From positions 1 to 64,000 of the forward strand of contig JAQGDQ010000478.1 in assembly GCA_030141605.1 (NCBI GenBank): DNA of 64,000 nt, read 5' to 3'. Each line of letters begins with the position of its first letter. Positions within the stretch are counted from its first letter, which is position 1. A model generated the notes under the pieces. The model had not been told where the DNA came from and did not search any database. It saw only the letters and a program-made list of their open reading frames with translations. Source of the stretch: Tubiluchus corallicola (lineage: Eukaryota > Animalia > Priapulida). A program made the position numbers and the translations under genes. Below, one piece after another: positions 42,101 to 55,596 of this stretch.

Positions 42101-45100
42101 AATGCAATGTCTGAAATTTCTAAATCGAAATATTATTATGATCACTAAATTTTCTTGATAATGATAAACAATAATAACGATAATAATAAAAATAATAATA
42201 ATAATAATAAGAATAAGAATGATAATGATAAACCTTGGACCAGAATCATGATATTGACTGATTTTAAAAACAACACGAGGAGTAGAACTATACATATATA
42301 GGCCTCTACGTAAATATTAATGATAATAATGATAATAATAAGAATGATAATGATAAACCTTGGACCAGAATCGTGATATTGACTGATTTTAAAAATATCA
42401 CGAGTAGTACTATACATATATAGGCCTCTACTAAATATTAACATATAAAATTGATTAAGCAAGATATAAATATCTACAAGTAAACTGTACTATTTGTTTA
42501 CGTATACAGTACATGTACTAAATCAGTCCAAAGTGGAATTTACGTACATAAATGTTACAGATAATAATTATGTGAAAGTGAAAATGTACTAGGATAGCGA
42601 AGTGCACAACTTGCATTTTCATTCACCTGGTGTGCATGCGTCATTTACTGATACGACGGATCGTAAGTTCACATTTGAACAATGATTTAAGATTGTAACG
42701 GCAGAGAAAGACGACATACGGCAACAGCAACAGTAACAAGAGGCGTAGCAAGGTGGAGGAGGGAGGCAATCGCCTCCAGTCACAAGGCTGAGAGAGAGAG
42801 AGCACAGAATTCTTCTAGAGTTCAATGACTGGTTAATTATTCATTACTAATTCAACATTAACAAAACAATTAACAAAAGTTTTAAAACTTCAACACAATT
42901 ACCTAGTCAGAGGTCATCGTAGTTGACTTAATTACTACATACAGCCTAGAAAAAAGTGCTAATGTTGTGACTTAATGGCGTGTGGTTTAGCTGATTGATA
43001 ATTTTGAGAGGAACAGTGACGTTTCTCTAAATGCTGATTGTATTATTATGAAAACCTGTAGTGTTCTGTATCTTTCATAATCTTTGCATGTTTTAATGCT
43101 GGAGCTGAATGTTTAACGACTGTCATGTTATGAGCAACTAATGTATAGAAAAGAGTTACTCTGCTGCAGTACCGCTAATCAAACTCAGGGTGATTCTTAG
43201 AAAAAATTGTTTATCTTTATCCCATCATGTCAAAAAAGGAAAGTCGAGCTCAGGGACGCAAAAAACGTGCTTTGCCCAGGAAACAAATGATGAAAACATT
43301 AAGAGTAGGGCGTCAGAAGATTTTTCCCCCGGGGCGCCACAAGTACTTGCTATGCCACTGACAACAACAGAAACATTAATAATTCTATTGTTTCTGATCA
43401 TAAATAATATTTTAACTAACAATGTTATCAATGTCAACAATAAGATCATTAGTTAGCGAAATTTTATAAAACTAGAGAGTCGTCAGTAGTTCTCCCAGTG
43501 ATATCAACACACTTTCAGACTACAGCGAAAAGGTATTTTCTGCATTGAGCTTCAAATGAAAAAGCAGGTACCACCATACAGAGTACCAGCTTAGCTAGTT
43601 GAAGTTAGAATTCGATAAACATTAAACTCAAAGGTTGATTCTTAATGGAAGAAACTTCAAACTTGCCCGAGTTACAATGTACATAAGTTCATAACTTCAA
43701 ATAAAAATCCAGAATACGGGCATACTTGACGGCTGTGAAAAAACATAAGGTACTCTCATACTGTGTAGGTATAAACTAAACAAAGTGCGCACAGAGACTA
43801 GCTGCAAACATGGGGTTTTCTTCACAACATACGTTAGTGACTTAGTAATGAATTAAAATTGAAAATTCATTTTTCAAATGAATGGCGGCAACCACCACGC
43901 CCGAAAATTTCTATTCAGAGGTAGAACATTTTAAATTTATCCTTTATAGGCAGTTCTTTGTTATATTTTTCTAAGTTTAGCAGATAACGGTAAAATAAAC
44001 GCAACATATTTAGTGACTTGTTCTTTCTTCTAGCACACCACAAACAGTTTAAGTGATAACAGTAAAATAAACCCAACGCATTGAGTGACTTGTTCTTTCT
44101 TCTAGCACACCACAAACAGTTTAAGTGATAACAGTAAACAGTATGAACCCAAGATTCAAAGCAAAACCGCTAGGCTAGCGTATTAGTGCATGATAAACGT
44201 ACCTGTTTACAAACAAAACGGTACTTAACATGATCGTTTCTGCATACATAGTGCACAAAAGGGAAGTAAAGATGACATAAAAGTAGGAAAGGTTGTTTTG
44301 GCGCATACAAATATTTTATTTTAAGTAGGTGAAGGAAAATATCGAGTCAATTAAGCGGAGTTATTTGAGTCAATTACCGAGTTTTTATGTATATTTAAAT
44401 AGAAGCGGAACCGATTGGGTCTATTAACCGTGAGTCTATTAAGCGACACCTACTGTATCTCTAATACATACCCCCACCCCACCCCACGCCCCGCACTTTT
44501 GCTCTGTATTTCGTATCAATCTTTCACGCTTTCTAGACTTTTTATCGTTTCTCTCTGAATCTTTTTTCTTTCTATGTTTTTCCATGAACACAAATTATAA
44601 TGTAATTAAAGTCTGAACGAATAAAAAAAAATATTTGCTAAAAGCAAATTGAGATTGGGAACGAGAAAGCGAATAACTTGAATTCAAACACTCAACCCAC
44701 AGCAATGTTTATATAATGAATAAACATAACAGCAAAGTTAGAAGACTGAAAGCCTGCTCTTATCTCCAGGTCACTTCATCTGCAACCGACGTCCTTGAAA
44801 ATACAGGTTTTTTTAATCCCGGCGCAGATGAGCAATTTTGATCCAAGTAATTTGGAAATTTGCACAGCGGGGAACGTTATGGCTAAATGCCAGGATAAAT
44901 CCTTATTGTTAGAAACTAGAACTACTACAGAACAGCGAGCACTTTCCCTGAATAATAATTCCCTGCAGAATGTATCTAGGTCACGTGATACGTTATGATC
45001 AATAGCTTGTTGCAACCTGCAAATTCTTGGCTGTTAATTTCATTTCTTAGGGACGTTCGATGTTTACATCAACTACGAGACGTGTTTGAGCCTGTGATCA

Positions 45101-48100
45101 TCAATCGATCAATCAATGATACCCGTGGAGAAATACAAGCCATTGTGAAACTTGCACTTTTTTAGAAGATATACATTATATTTTCCAAGATCTGACTTTT
45201 ATGGGTTACGTTACATAAGCACGTTTCTCTCTTTTCCAGACATTCGTGCACTGAATAATTTACTGACATTATATTTATAATCTTAGGAAGATTATATCAA
45301 AGATTTACGAAGATTTATAATCAAAGCTTAAAGGAAAACCGGAAGATTGTTTAGACTCAATCTCATTTTAACTTACTGTCCAAAACATAGATTTTCTTGC
45401 CTATAAAAGTTAGCAATTGTTTCTTATATTTGAATAATGAGCTTAGAAAGTTAATTAATGGCAACCGAATACAACTATTGCTCACGTCAGAAACTAACCA
45501 CAGTTAGTGCAATGGCAGGCGTCTTCCCTTGCGCATCAAGCACGTTCGCACAGGTGTTACAGTACTGCTTAAATGCATGATGTCACGAAAAATGGGTTTT
45601 TACATAATGGATTCTTTACTAAAGAACCTGACTTATAAAAGGAAGACCGGACGATTGATTAAACTCAATCTCATTCTTATTTGCTGTCAAAAATATACAT
45701 TTTCTTGCCTATAAAAGTTTAACAATTGTTTCTAACATTTGAATAACAGAAAATTAATTGATGACAACCGAACACAGCTATTGCTTACGTCACAAACTAA
45801 TCACAGGTTGTGCAATGGCAGGCATCTTCCCTGCGCATCAAGCATCAAGCACATTCGCGTAAGCAAAGATTGCTGTAAGACTCAGATGTGATGTAACAAA
45901 AATGAGCTCTATGTCACACTGATGTAACAGATGAACACTACAGTTCATGGTAATGCTTATCACGGTACCGTGCCCTATTTGTCGACCATGCGAATGCAAC
46001 AAAAAGACGCCATTGCCAGTCTTAGTGGATTTGCCGAGCCGCGCGTAGCTTTCAAAGTTTAACAAAATTTAACTATCCGAGGTAATTATTATTTAATCTC
46101 TGCTTTGATTTAAAAAAGCTGTTGTAGTTTTCAACATCTTACAGCATACTTTATTTTGAACTAATGTCTACACAATCGTCCAGTTTTCCTTTAAATGTCA
46201 CATTTTATAATGCTCTGGCAAATGCAACCGAAGTTAAGCAACGCCAAAGCTGGTCAGTGAAAGTCTCGTGGCTGTCTAGATTCAATGCTCATTCTGCATG
46301 ATTTAATTCATTAAACTGATTCTCACTGTTTGCCTGATAGACGGATGACACATTCATATCCGGACGCACCTGTGATACCGCTGCTGGTTCAGTGGCTCGA
46401 TGTCCTTGAAAATGAGCTAGGTTCCATTCCTGCCACAAGCATCTTTCACTGATACATTCAAATAATATCTAGTCAATACAGGGGTAAATACTTTTAGGTT
46501 GACTATTAAACACTACGCTATCTTTGCACCATATCAGTTCAGTAGTAACTAGCAATAGCTTACAAAATTAAAGCTCCTTCTCCTTTTCTGCAATCATACT
46601 AACGTTCTGACTCATGCTATCCACTCCGACAACCATTACCGAGTTTAGTATTCGCTAGATTAACGAACTTGTTTACGTTCACTGCAAGTTAGAAGAGAAC
46701 AATGCCAATCGTTGCACGTCTCCTCTTAAAATTAGGCCGCATCAACCACTCAGAATAGTGATCGGTCAAATTACGTCAGAATCAGAAACTAATGCTTGAC
46801 CAACAGCTCTCGCTAGCCTTGACTTAACAGCTTGAAAGGAATGGAAATTGGAAACTGAACATCATTATTTTCTATTGACTAACGACAAACACGTGCCAAC
46901 AAATCCATATAGTAAGACCTAGAAGCTTAAGTAAACTACAGTTGATATACATTCAATGCATGTACTGTAATACATTATAATACGATATAATATAATATAA
47001 TATAATATAATGTAATGTAATATCATATCATATCATATCATATCATATCATATCATATCATATCATATCATATCATATCATATCATATCATATCATATCA
47101 TATCATATCATATCATATCATATAATATAATATAATATAATATAATATAATATAATATAATATAATATAATATAATATAATATAATGTAATACAATATAA
47201 TATAATATCATATGATATGATAAGATGTGATAGGATATAATATAATATAATACAATACAATACAATATAATATAATGTACGATATAATACAATTATTATT
47301 ACTATTTATTACGAAATTGCAATACAATTTTCAATTTGTTAGCAGCATAAAAAATAAGAATATTTACAAATTACAACAATTAAAAAAAGGGAGAATAAAT
47401 AATACAGCAGTTAGTCAAGAGGTATAAAGATAATAAATTACTTAATTTTGACATATCCATTCAAGTATCAGGTTAAATTCATTTCTTTTCAAAAATTCAC
47501 AATATTTACACTCGATTGCATTCATAGTATGTTTCACAAATAATACAGGATAATTCTACTCATTGGTCACATTGTAGTATTCTTGTAAGTAATATAAGAT
47601 TCTTAGTGTAGGTTATAATTGTTTGTGGTGTACTAGCAGCACTACTATGTACGTGATTATTTGTATTTGCATAGTGCTAATATGTAAGCAGGCGCTGAAA
47701 CTGCTTGTGGTGTATTACCTTTTATGTATTAATTGTATTCTTAGGCTACAGCCCAATTAGTCTATTGCTAAACATGGCCCCGCTTACCTATGATGGAATA
47801 AAACCCACAATTAATTAAACTTTGATAAAAAGTTGGCCTACGACTGGACGTGAACCAGTTACAATGCAGACGCCGTAGAGCATTACGCCACTGTATCTTC
47901 TAGTGGTCAAGTCAGTCCAAAGTTCATCCGTTATAGGTGACCAACCCAATTCACAATTTTAAATGTTAGATCGTTCACGTTAGAGTGGTTCTGACTAAGT
48001 AATTTCATTCTTGATAGATTTGGAAGCAGAAATTTTTCGCATCACTTACCTATAATAGCTACATCAGTATACTTGGGCTGACAAGACTGCGAGCCTGCGT

Positions 48101-48134
48101 CCATTCTGGGTTGCTCTGCTTCTACAAATCTCAT
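26786..48134 (-). CDS. OSGIN2: Oxidative stress-induced growth inhibitor (OSGIN1/2-like) flavoprotein; exons 48134-48050, 37728-37592, 35620-35429, 30404-30313, 27890-26786
   Basis: DVAIIG|NGPAGISLSFLLSGNWPY, DLDYLSEGLEGRSTNPVALLFD, GPPGGAWQ, LTLSLGKWMELP, VVLATG, LIVGAGLSAADA, LYAMGALVGDTFVRF; splice phases all compatible; OSGIN1 vs 2 label is nominal. Confidence 0.92.
27924..28445. mobile_element. hAT-like MITE
   Basis: TIRs CAGGGATGAGA / TCTCATCCCTG; perfect 8-bp TSD CAGTGATA. Confidence 0.88.
29858..30010. repeat. 37-bp tandem repeat x4
   Basis: CCGGTAAACCGAGATGCGAGTGTGCTTGCAGCTTTCT. Confidence 0.9.
30741..30781 (-). ncRNA. Minimal hammerhead ribozyme motif (Penelope type)
   Basis: ACCA-CUGAUGA-U-GACAG-uugcagc-CUGUC-GAAAC-GUU-UGCC. 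Confidence 0.75.
31077..31118 (+). ncRNA. Minimal hammerhead ribozyme motif (Penelope type)
   Basis: CCA-CUGAUGA-U-GACAGC-agcagccg-GCUGUU-GAAAC-GUU-UGG; stem I CCA/UGG. Confidence 0.75.
31643..31830 (-). mobile_element. CR1/L2-like LINE ORF2 3' remnant
   Basis: IPRCRTAHYKSSFFPRTCYIWNTL motif. Confidence 0.75.
33100..33366 (+). mobile_element. Penelope GIY-YIG endonuclease C-terminal remnant
   Basis: RHVKVRICEHLNISFRTGKKL...SSINDHIF / GHKADFNNFIIV...*DLLIKESLSI...SLNVQSSSIPLTLF; frameshift and stop. Confidence 0.8.
33306..34745. repeat. 80-bp satellite derived from the Penelope ORF end
   Basis: About 18 units, each reading KPSLNVQSSSIPLTLFSNT*. Confidence 0.95.
34735..34975 (+). mobile_element. 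Penelope 3' terminal region with decayed hammerhead (34866-34900)
   Basis: CCA-CTAATGA-TGACAGC...GCTGCT-GAAAT; similar to 30790-31120. Confidence 0.6.
35800..37472. repeat. 53-bp satellite (CCACTGTAAGGCCTAAATTAGTAGATGGTTGTTGGACTTGTAGTAGGAACGGA)n
   Basis: About 30 units filling most of an OSGIN intron. Confidence 0.96.
40078..42087. repeat. 67-bp satellite (CAGTTGCTCAGATCACCAGCAATAAAGGACTGATCAGACACATAAGAAATCAAACTATTCCACACTT)n
   Basis: About 30 units. Confidence 0.97.
42738..43360. mobile_element. MITE-like element with GGCGTAGCAAG / CTTGCTATGCC ends
   Basis: Imperfect inverted termini. Confidence 0.5.
45332..46190. mobile_element. Kolobok-like non-autonomous DNA transposon
   Basis: TTAA on both sides; 19-bp TIRs AGGAAAACCGGAAGATTGT / ACAATCGTCCAGTTTTCCT; left part duplicated internally. 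Confidence 0.78.
46975..47285. repeat. Compound pentanucleotide microsatellite (ATATA)n(ATATC)n
   Basis: Visible directly. Confidence 0.95.
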
Positions 48135-48404
48135 GGCCTAGACGTCTGCTTCTGTGCTGAAAAAGGCAACAAAACTTAATGTACTTGGGCTGACAACACT
48201 GCGAGCCTGCGTCCATTCTGGGCTGCTCTGCTTCTACAAATCTCATGGCCTAGACGTCTGCTTCTGTGCTGAAAAAGGCAACAAAACTTAATGTACTTGG
48301 GCTGACAACACTGCGAGCCTGCGTCCATTCTGGGTTGCTCTGCTTCTACAAATCTCATGGCCTAGACGTCTGCTTCTGTGCTGAAAAAGGCAACAAAACT
48401 TAAT
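48068..48404. repeat. 112-bp tandem triplication covering the OSGIN acceptor and start codon
   Basis: Three near-identical units; ATGs at 48134, 48246, 48358 on -. Confidence 0.93.
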
Positions 48405-49069
48405 GGAAGACAACATTCAACGTTTGTTCAGGCGTCTAGGTATCTGGATTTTATTATCTTGGCACGTTATGATGGTCTTCTACAAAAACAAATAGGAATT
48501 CGTATTATTTTTTCTTAAGAGAAACAAGCTGCCGCAGTGATAGTGCGGGATGAGTACAGGAAGATCAATTTCAAAGACAGGGAAGTGCTTCTAAAAACCC
48601 CCGACCCGAAAGAGACGTCAAAGAGATTTCGTATGCAAATATTTGAATTTAAAGCACCAGACTACAATTATATGAAACACAAACAATCACAAATATTTTA
48701 TGTTTTGTCATCTGATGCTTCAACACAGTTAAAACTTTGAACGATGTGGAAATTATATAAAGTACAGAAATCATTAGCACAACATTCGCAAGGCACAGAT
48801 CACATCAATTTTTCAAAATTAGTCTAATAAACCATTCCGGCAAGATGCAGTTAGTTAATGAAAAGTACAGCTTACAGATGCATCTAGTATGAAACACAAA
48901 ATAAATTCTAGGAAAAAGGGAGAATAATGAAAATTTTATGACGTGACAAATCGCATCGAATCATGGCTTACAGCAGTACATATATCAAATTTGTAAGCAT
49001 TACCAGTGAATGGCCTCTCATACCTGGCACAAGTACAAATACGTAAAGCATAATGCTACGTGTATTACA

Positions 49070-49581
49070 AGGATAAGACTTCCTATGGCTAGTGTTGCTT
49101 AACTATTGAAGGTACATGTAGAGTGAGTGTTTATCGTAAAGTATAATGCTACGCATATTACAAATGCACAGTCTCTCATTAAACAGAAGTCATATGTAGA
49201 CACGTGTAAAGAATTACAAGGGCAACACTTCTTATGGCTAGTGTTGCTTAACTATTGAAGGTACATGTAGAGTGAGTGTTTATCGTAAAGTATAATGCTA
49301 CGCATATTACAAATGCACAGTCTTTCATTAAACAGAAGTCATATGTAGACACGTGTAAAGAATTACAAGGGCAACACTTCTTATGGCTAGTGTTGCTTAA
49401 CTATTGAAGGTACATGTAGAGTGAGTGTTTATCGTAAAGTATAATGCTACGCATATTACAAATGCACAGTCTTTCATTAAACAGAAGTCATATGTAGACA
49501 CGTGTAAAGAATTACAAGGGCAACACTTCTTATGGCTAGTGTTGCTTAACTATTGAAGGTACATGTAGAGTGAGTGTTTAT
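49070..49581. repeat. 149-bp tandem repeat x3.4
   Basis: ATGGCTAGTG recurs at 49085, 49234, 49383, 49532. Confidence 0.93.
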
Positions 49582-50299
49582 AATTCTAGTGATTAAACTT
49601 TTTCTAATTTCTACAATACAGTCAAATGTCGTTATAGTGCCCCACCCTCCCCTTCAATAACATCATTTGTTTTGAATACAAATGTACAGTCAAGTTACGT
49701 AAGTGACTCGGTTAAAAGAAATTAGTTTACTAGTAGCAAAAGTAAAATAAATATTAAACACTTACACCAACAGAGAAAAGCACGGATATTATTTACACAC
49801 AAGAAGACAAAGCAATTCATTTAAAAAGACACCACATACTCTTAACATTTCTCTCGAATGATACTCCGATAAGAAATTAAAATTCTTATTCCCTATACAA
49901 CTTGTGCAGTTTTTTGCTAAGTTTATTGTCGCTACTGACTGCAACTTCAATCAGGGTACAACAGTAATTTCCATAATAATTTTATACAAATTGAAACCCA
50001 TCATTGAGTTCACGTCACATAACGTATGTTTGGCTATAATGTTAGTAAGTAAGTAAGTAAAAAATTTATTTGTCTCTGAATGTTACAAAATAAACATAAA
50101 CAAAAGGTAAAAACTAAAACAAAGACGGAAAAGAAACGGGGTGGCAAAAAGACCAAGGGTCACCAAGTCAACTACCCCTATCCAAACTGAAGAAAATTAA
50201 GTGACCTGTCAAGTAAGGTATGTCCAAATGAAAATAATCAGCAACTTAACAACTATAGCAATATCGAAGTACGTAAATTGCAGATACATTGAACAAATT

Positions 50300-50970
50300 A
50301 TAGCTCCAGTAAAAATAATGAAAGTGGGTCAGCGATAAACAATAAGAATAATGCTGAATCTTTTTTCTAGACAATGTGAATATTCAGTGAAATAGATGTC
50401 GAAAGTCTCGATGTTAGTTATCAAGATGTTAACTATTTCTACATGCTACAAAATGATTTTGCAAACTGCTTACTCGGCTGTACGGTACCATCATTATGGG
50501 GCAAAATGAAAGTGTGAGCTCTATACGGCAGTTGCCATAATTTACGGATAGCTATATTCCAAGCTGTATCAATAAAATGTATTTTCGAATTATTTAACCG
50601 CCAACTCTGGCAACCGTAATACCCTATAGACAATATGTTTGAGGTAGTTTACATTTTAAGTCAGGACAAGCAAATGAAAAGTTGGCACATTCACTATTGA
50701 CATGGTAAATGAAATCGTCCCGTTTTTCTAATAATATCAGCATCACATTAAATCAAACGTAATTACGTGACCTAAATGTGTGACTATAGATATGTGTGAC
50801 GATATGTGTGGTTAGAGGTGCTATATTGTCCTATACAGTTTGGATAAGGTTTATTGGGTTCCCCTGGTTTGGAGAATCTAATGCATTTACTTTTAATTTT
50901 GGTACGTTGAACATTAACCAAATTAATATCAAATTCTTCACATACTCTTCACATATTAGAAGCATTCAAA
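50300..50970 (-). mobile_element. Decayed CR1/L2-group LINE ORF2 fragment
   Basis: YGCQSWRL...AWNIAIRKLWQLPYRAHTFILP. Confidence 0.65.
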
Positions 50971-51775
50971 TGTAAAGCAGCTTTGACTATGCTGCTTGGT
51001 TGCACTAAGATTACAGTTCTACACAATGCAATGTAAGGTAAAATTCATTTACACAGTACACTACATCATCTAAATTCTCAGCACAGTGAACAATAAAATG
51101 CATTTAAGATACACAAGGAAAAAAATGAAAAGGCAATAAAAATTAAAAATAATTCATCATAAAAAGTACAATTCATAAAAATGTGTTTTAAGATGTTGAT
51201 TAAAACAATCTAATGAATTTGTAGAATGTATAACAACAGGTAAGTTATTCCAAAGATGCGGAGCTCAGACAGGTAAAAGCTTTTTCAGAGCTGTAATTCT
51301 CTGTAAAGCTTGTACCCCTGGAGCCAAAAGAGTTAACGATCCACACGGGCAACCGACTTTTCGAGCTCTAGTATATACCTATGGTTAGTAGTGAAACGAA
51401 AATAAAATTTGCATTAACCTATAAATGATAGTTACAAAAAGCGTATATGTTATTATAAACATTAAATATAAATTATAAATAAACATTAAGCACAGTAAAG
51501 TATAACTAGAATATACGCCAAGAGTCCAGCTTCAAAATGACTAGTTTTAGTTTAAACGTTAGTACCGAGAAAAACTAATTTGTTTAACAGACCTGAGAAA
51601 AATTAATAAGTACAGCTGAGTGTCATATCGCAAGTCATGCTCACGCGCTGACTCACCGACCACGTACAGTCAGGCACAATTAACCAAAATGAATTAACAA
51701 CCACAAAACATACATTCAGTATTAACAAACTCGAGTGACTCAAAAAAAGATTAAATTAATTGCACAGTAACTTAC

Positions 51776-51930
51776 ACAACTGCTAGAGGCGGTTTTCTTT
51801 CCCAACTACTACCACTTGCAGTAGTAATTTTTCTTTGCGGCTCAGAATACTTTACAGACACAGGCTCGCAGAACTCGCCATTGGAACGACAGAATTTCAC
51901 GGAAATGCTTGACGTACTGCGCATGCTCAC
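51776..51930 (-). other. Probable 5' non-coding first exon/promoter of OSGIN
   Basis: GC-richer patch ending in |gtaagt; TGCGCATG and AATGGCG motifs nearby. Confidence 0.45.
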
Positions 51931-54900
51931 AAAGTACAGCAAATCAGGCGGATGAGCACAATTCAATTCAATTCAGTTCAATTACGTAACTAATGATAAC
52001 TTGCACTGTGGGCTGGCACGGCTCACTCATTCATAGATAAAAATATTACTATTGTACTTAAACGTATTTATTACTATTACAATTGTACGTTTATGCGCAA
52101 TCTTTCGATTGCCTTAATATTGATTGCTTCAACTGGTACTTGTATGGCAAAATACCAGAATAACCACCTAGCATCTTGACTATTGGGGTGCCATATCCAG
52201 CTAAGCCCCGAAACCCAATGAAGCATGTAACCGCTTGCCTTAATGAAGAGATTCTCGTGAATAAGAATTTTTGGGGGTGCTTCATTAATTCTAAGCTCGG
52301 AAAATTCCTTGAATGAGTAGTTTTTGTGTACTGTACCTGATCTAATTTTTATACTGAGATACAAGATATTACATTCTTTGCCCTCGTAGACACCCAAGGA
52401 AAATTGGTACTTTGCCAACTTTTGTGCTAGATAGAAAGTATAATACTGTATTCACCCTACATCTGTGAACACTTTCGAAATTATTCCCACTATCATTTAT
52501 GATTAGCCAAAAAAGACAAAATAAAAAAGCCTAATTGCATAATGAGCATAATCATCATCAGTTTATTTCACATAGTAAAAATAAAAAGATGGTTAATCAC
52601 AACAAGCTAGGTTCGTCAATAATAGCGATGCTTCTGACCATTCCTCACCTATCAGTTTACATAAAAAAATCACATGGCAGTGGTTTCCCCAAAACATTGT
52701 TATTATTAAAAAAAATTGTGATTACCTATCTCTCTTTTTGCTCATGGATTAATTCTTAGCGCTGCTGAACCATATTTACTTATTTATTTTCTAATAAAGA
52801 CTGCATTTCTCTTTTAACGCATTAGTATGTACAGTAAGCCTATTTTAAAAACGTTTATAACTAAGTTCTAATTTAATATGAAAGTAAACTTTTTAATTTA
52901 ATTGTTACAAGCAGCGTTAAAATTTTGTCATTGTATAGTCACATCTGAATGTTATTTCAATGAGTTAATGTACTGTAATTTTTTTGATTTTTGCATAGAA
53001 CTTTATGTAACATAGATTTGTGAGTAATCCTTTATGTCAGTGTAATAGCCCGGCATGTTGTGGATACACTTGCAACCTAGGCTCACTTGTAACGCATTAT
53101 TGATCTAAATAATAAAGTAATTATACAAAATATAACAATCATTCTTATTAATAAGATAATTTTTATTGTGAAATGCCATTTTATTTCAAAATGATATAAG
53201 GTCCTATTTTTAGTTTTTGGTCAGCAGCACAAGTTACTCAACCTGAATCGCTATTCGTCCAGGCGCAGTGTTGTTGGGGGATGACTTTTTTTGAAAAAAG
53301 CCAAAGCTCCACGAACTTACAACAGATCGTCATGAAACTTCAGATGAATGTAGTAGAGCAAATTCTGAACCAACTGACGAAGTCACATTTCCATCTGCCA
53401 TTTTCAATTTAAGATGGCAGTAAAACATTATATAATTCGAAAAAAAGCCCAAGGCTCTACCAGTTTGCAATGGATCATCTTGAAACCTTACAGGAATATA
53501 CTAGCAAATTTAGCAACGAATGACAGAATCGGATTTTCAGTTCGTCGGTTTGAAATATAAGATAGCAACGATAATACAATTTTCTAAAAAAAGCCAAAGG
53601 CTACGTTAATCCCAATGGATTGCATGAAATTGTGTAAGTCAGAATTTTGATCGGCCATCTCGAATTCTAGATAGTTACTAGTAGCAACAGCATCATTTTT
53701 AAAAAAGCTGAAAGTTCCACCAATTTGCAATGGACAGCCAAGAAACTGCACTGTAATATGCTAGAACGAATTCCGCATCGATTGACAGAGAAGAATTTTC
53801 CATTTGCCATCTAATGGCATCTTTAACTCCAGATGGCAGCATTGACATCATTTCTGACCCAAGATCTTGCACTCAGTGAGTCCCTCTAGCAATATTTCAA
53901 GTCAGCTTGATTTTTATTATGGACGTTTCAAATACGGTCAATCAAATTGCTTCTAAACAGAGAAAATGTGAATGTAGATTCAGAAAAACAGAGTGAAGAT
54001 ATATGAACACTTTCTTTATTTTAAAAAGATGGAAACAAAGCATTTTCATTGGCTAAAAGCCAGTTTCACACATGACTATTAGTCTGCACACAACACCCAC
54101 AAGTACTTAATTAGCAAGTGACTCATTAAGAGTGCAAAGTTGCTTGATCACAGTAAATAATTAGCTATAGGAACAAGTACAGTAATGTCTGCAACGTCTG
54201 ACTCTTAATCTTCTGTCATGAGAAGAAATTATAGTACATCACGTTGCAAGTGGCTCCTTTCTCATTTTTTCATGAGTTAACTGTTAGAAGCTAATAATTA
54301 TTACCATGTTATTACTTTTTTTACTACAATTCATTCTTGTACTGGAATTTAATTACATTTTTAGGTTTCTTGTTTTCTTCTCTGTTTAACTAATCTTTAT
54401 AATTTTAGTTCCTGTTGTGAACATTAACATGGGCCACCATAAATTTGCAATTCTTGACAATAGGTGTCAGTTTCGTCGCTGAACTTGTACGGTTTTTGTA
54501 AACTAAACAAGTGCAATGTTTTAACTAATCCCTCATCTCTGTGCAAACAAAAATAATAAAATAAGCGAATGATGATGATCGTGAAAAGGTCAAAGTTTAA
54601 GCGTGTCAGACAATGCAGTTGCATACACTTGACGACGCCTCACAGCCCATGCTATTGTAATAGTAACACTTTTAATGTGTTTTAACAGCTAGCTAGAACC
54701 TTCCTAGTTCATTTTTTCTAGTTCCAAACAAGATCCTGTCAGTAAATCATTCTACGCACAGACTACTACATAATTAAGTAAAGTCCACATAAAACAACTG
54801 ACATTACTGAACTGATGCAGCAGACAGCCTTGCTTTACACACACGTCACATGACGGTGGTAGTTAAAATATGTTGCTGTGGAACACTTAGCCTATAATTA

Positions 54901-55212
54901 ATAAGCAAATGCTTGCGACACATCGTTTTAACAAAATAACTAAAATTTTAGTTTGAAGTCTATGATACAGTAGCAACAGCAGAAGCCAGAACGATGATGC
55001 GCTGCAACTTTTGTTTTTCATCTTCAAATGATTAAAATTTGATTCACTAAGCCAGCAACTACACATTTCCTGTGAAAATACACAATCTAAGAGTGGCACT
55101 CTAGCTGCTGTAGCTCCTTTATGGAAAACTTGCCATTTTTTCATTGCTGTGATGTGATGTCTCTAATGCAGCAACACGTGTACAAAAACTAATTGAATAA
55201 AATTCGTAGGCT

Positions 55213-55596
55213 CTACGAGGCATGTCCGCCTTGCGCTTTTCTCGTACTTTTCTTGACACCAGTCAATCGATATTCCGTTCGTTCCGCTAAATACTCGTTT
55301 TCCACTGCTTCTCTAAATGCCGGATCTGTAAACCATTTTGCAAAACACTGTTTCAGAGCCTTGTTAAAGTCCCGACAAGCCCAGACCATTGTTACAGTCC
55401 GCCCTGCAGCGCATTCAGCAAACTCCTCGACCTCTTTAGCACATTTCTCTGTTCTCACTCGCTTCCTCATTCGATCGGGTATTAAAACATCGTGTTCCAC
55501 TCTTCTTAAGGTTTTGTCGTCTGGATCACCAACCCCGCAAGGTCCACCTCCCACATTTTTTGGTAAGACATGTGCAGTCATGTGTTCCGTTGCCAT
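55213..55596 (-). CDS. CMC1: COX assembly mitochondrial protein (twin CX9C)
   Basis: GGPCGVGDPDDKTLRRVEHDVLIP...C-X9-C...C-X9-C...EYLAERTEYRLTG. Confidence 0.9.
   Translation of the reverse strand: MATEHMTAHVLPKNVGGGPCGVGDPDDKTLRRVEHDVLIPDRMRKRVRTEKCAKEVEEFAECAAGRTVTMVWACRDFNKALKQCFAKWFTDPAFREAVENEYLAERTEYRLTGVKKSTRKAQGGHAS

Noticed and set aside
47830-47905. tRNA-like A and B boxes on the - strand
   Set aside because: No complete cloverleaf; at most a decayed SINE head
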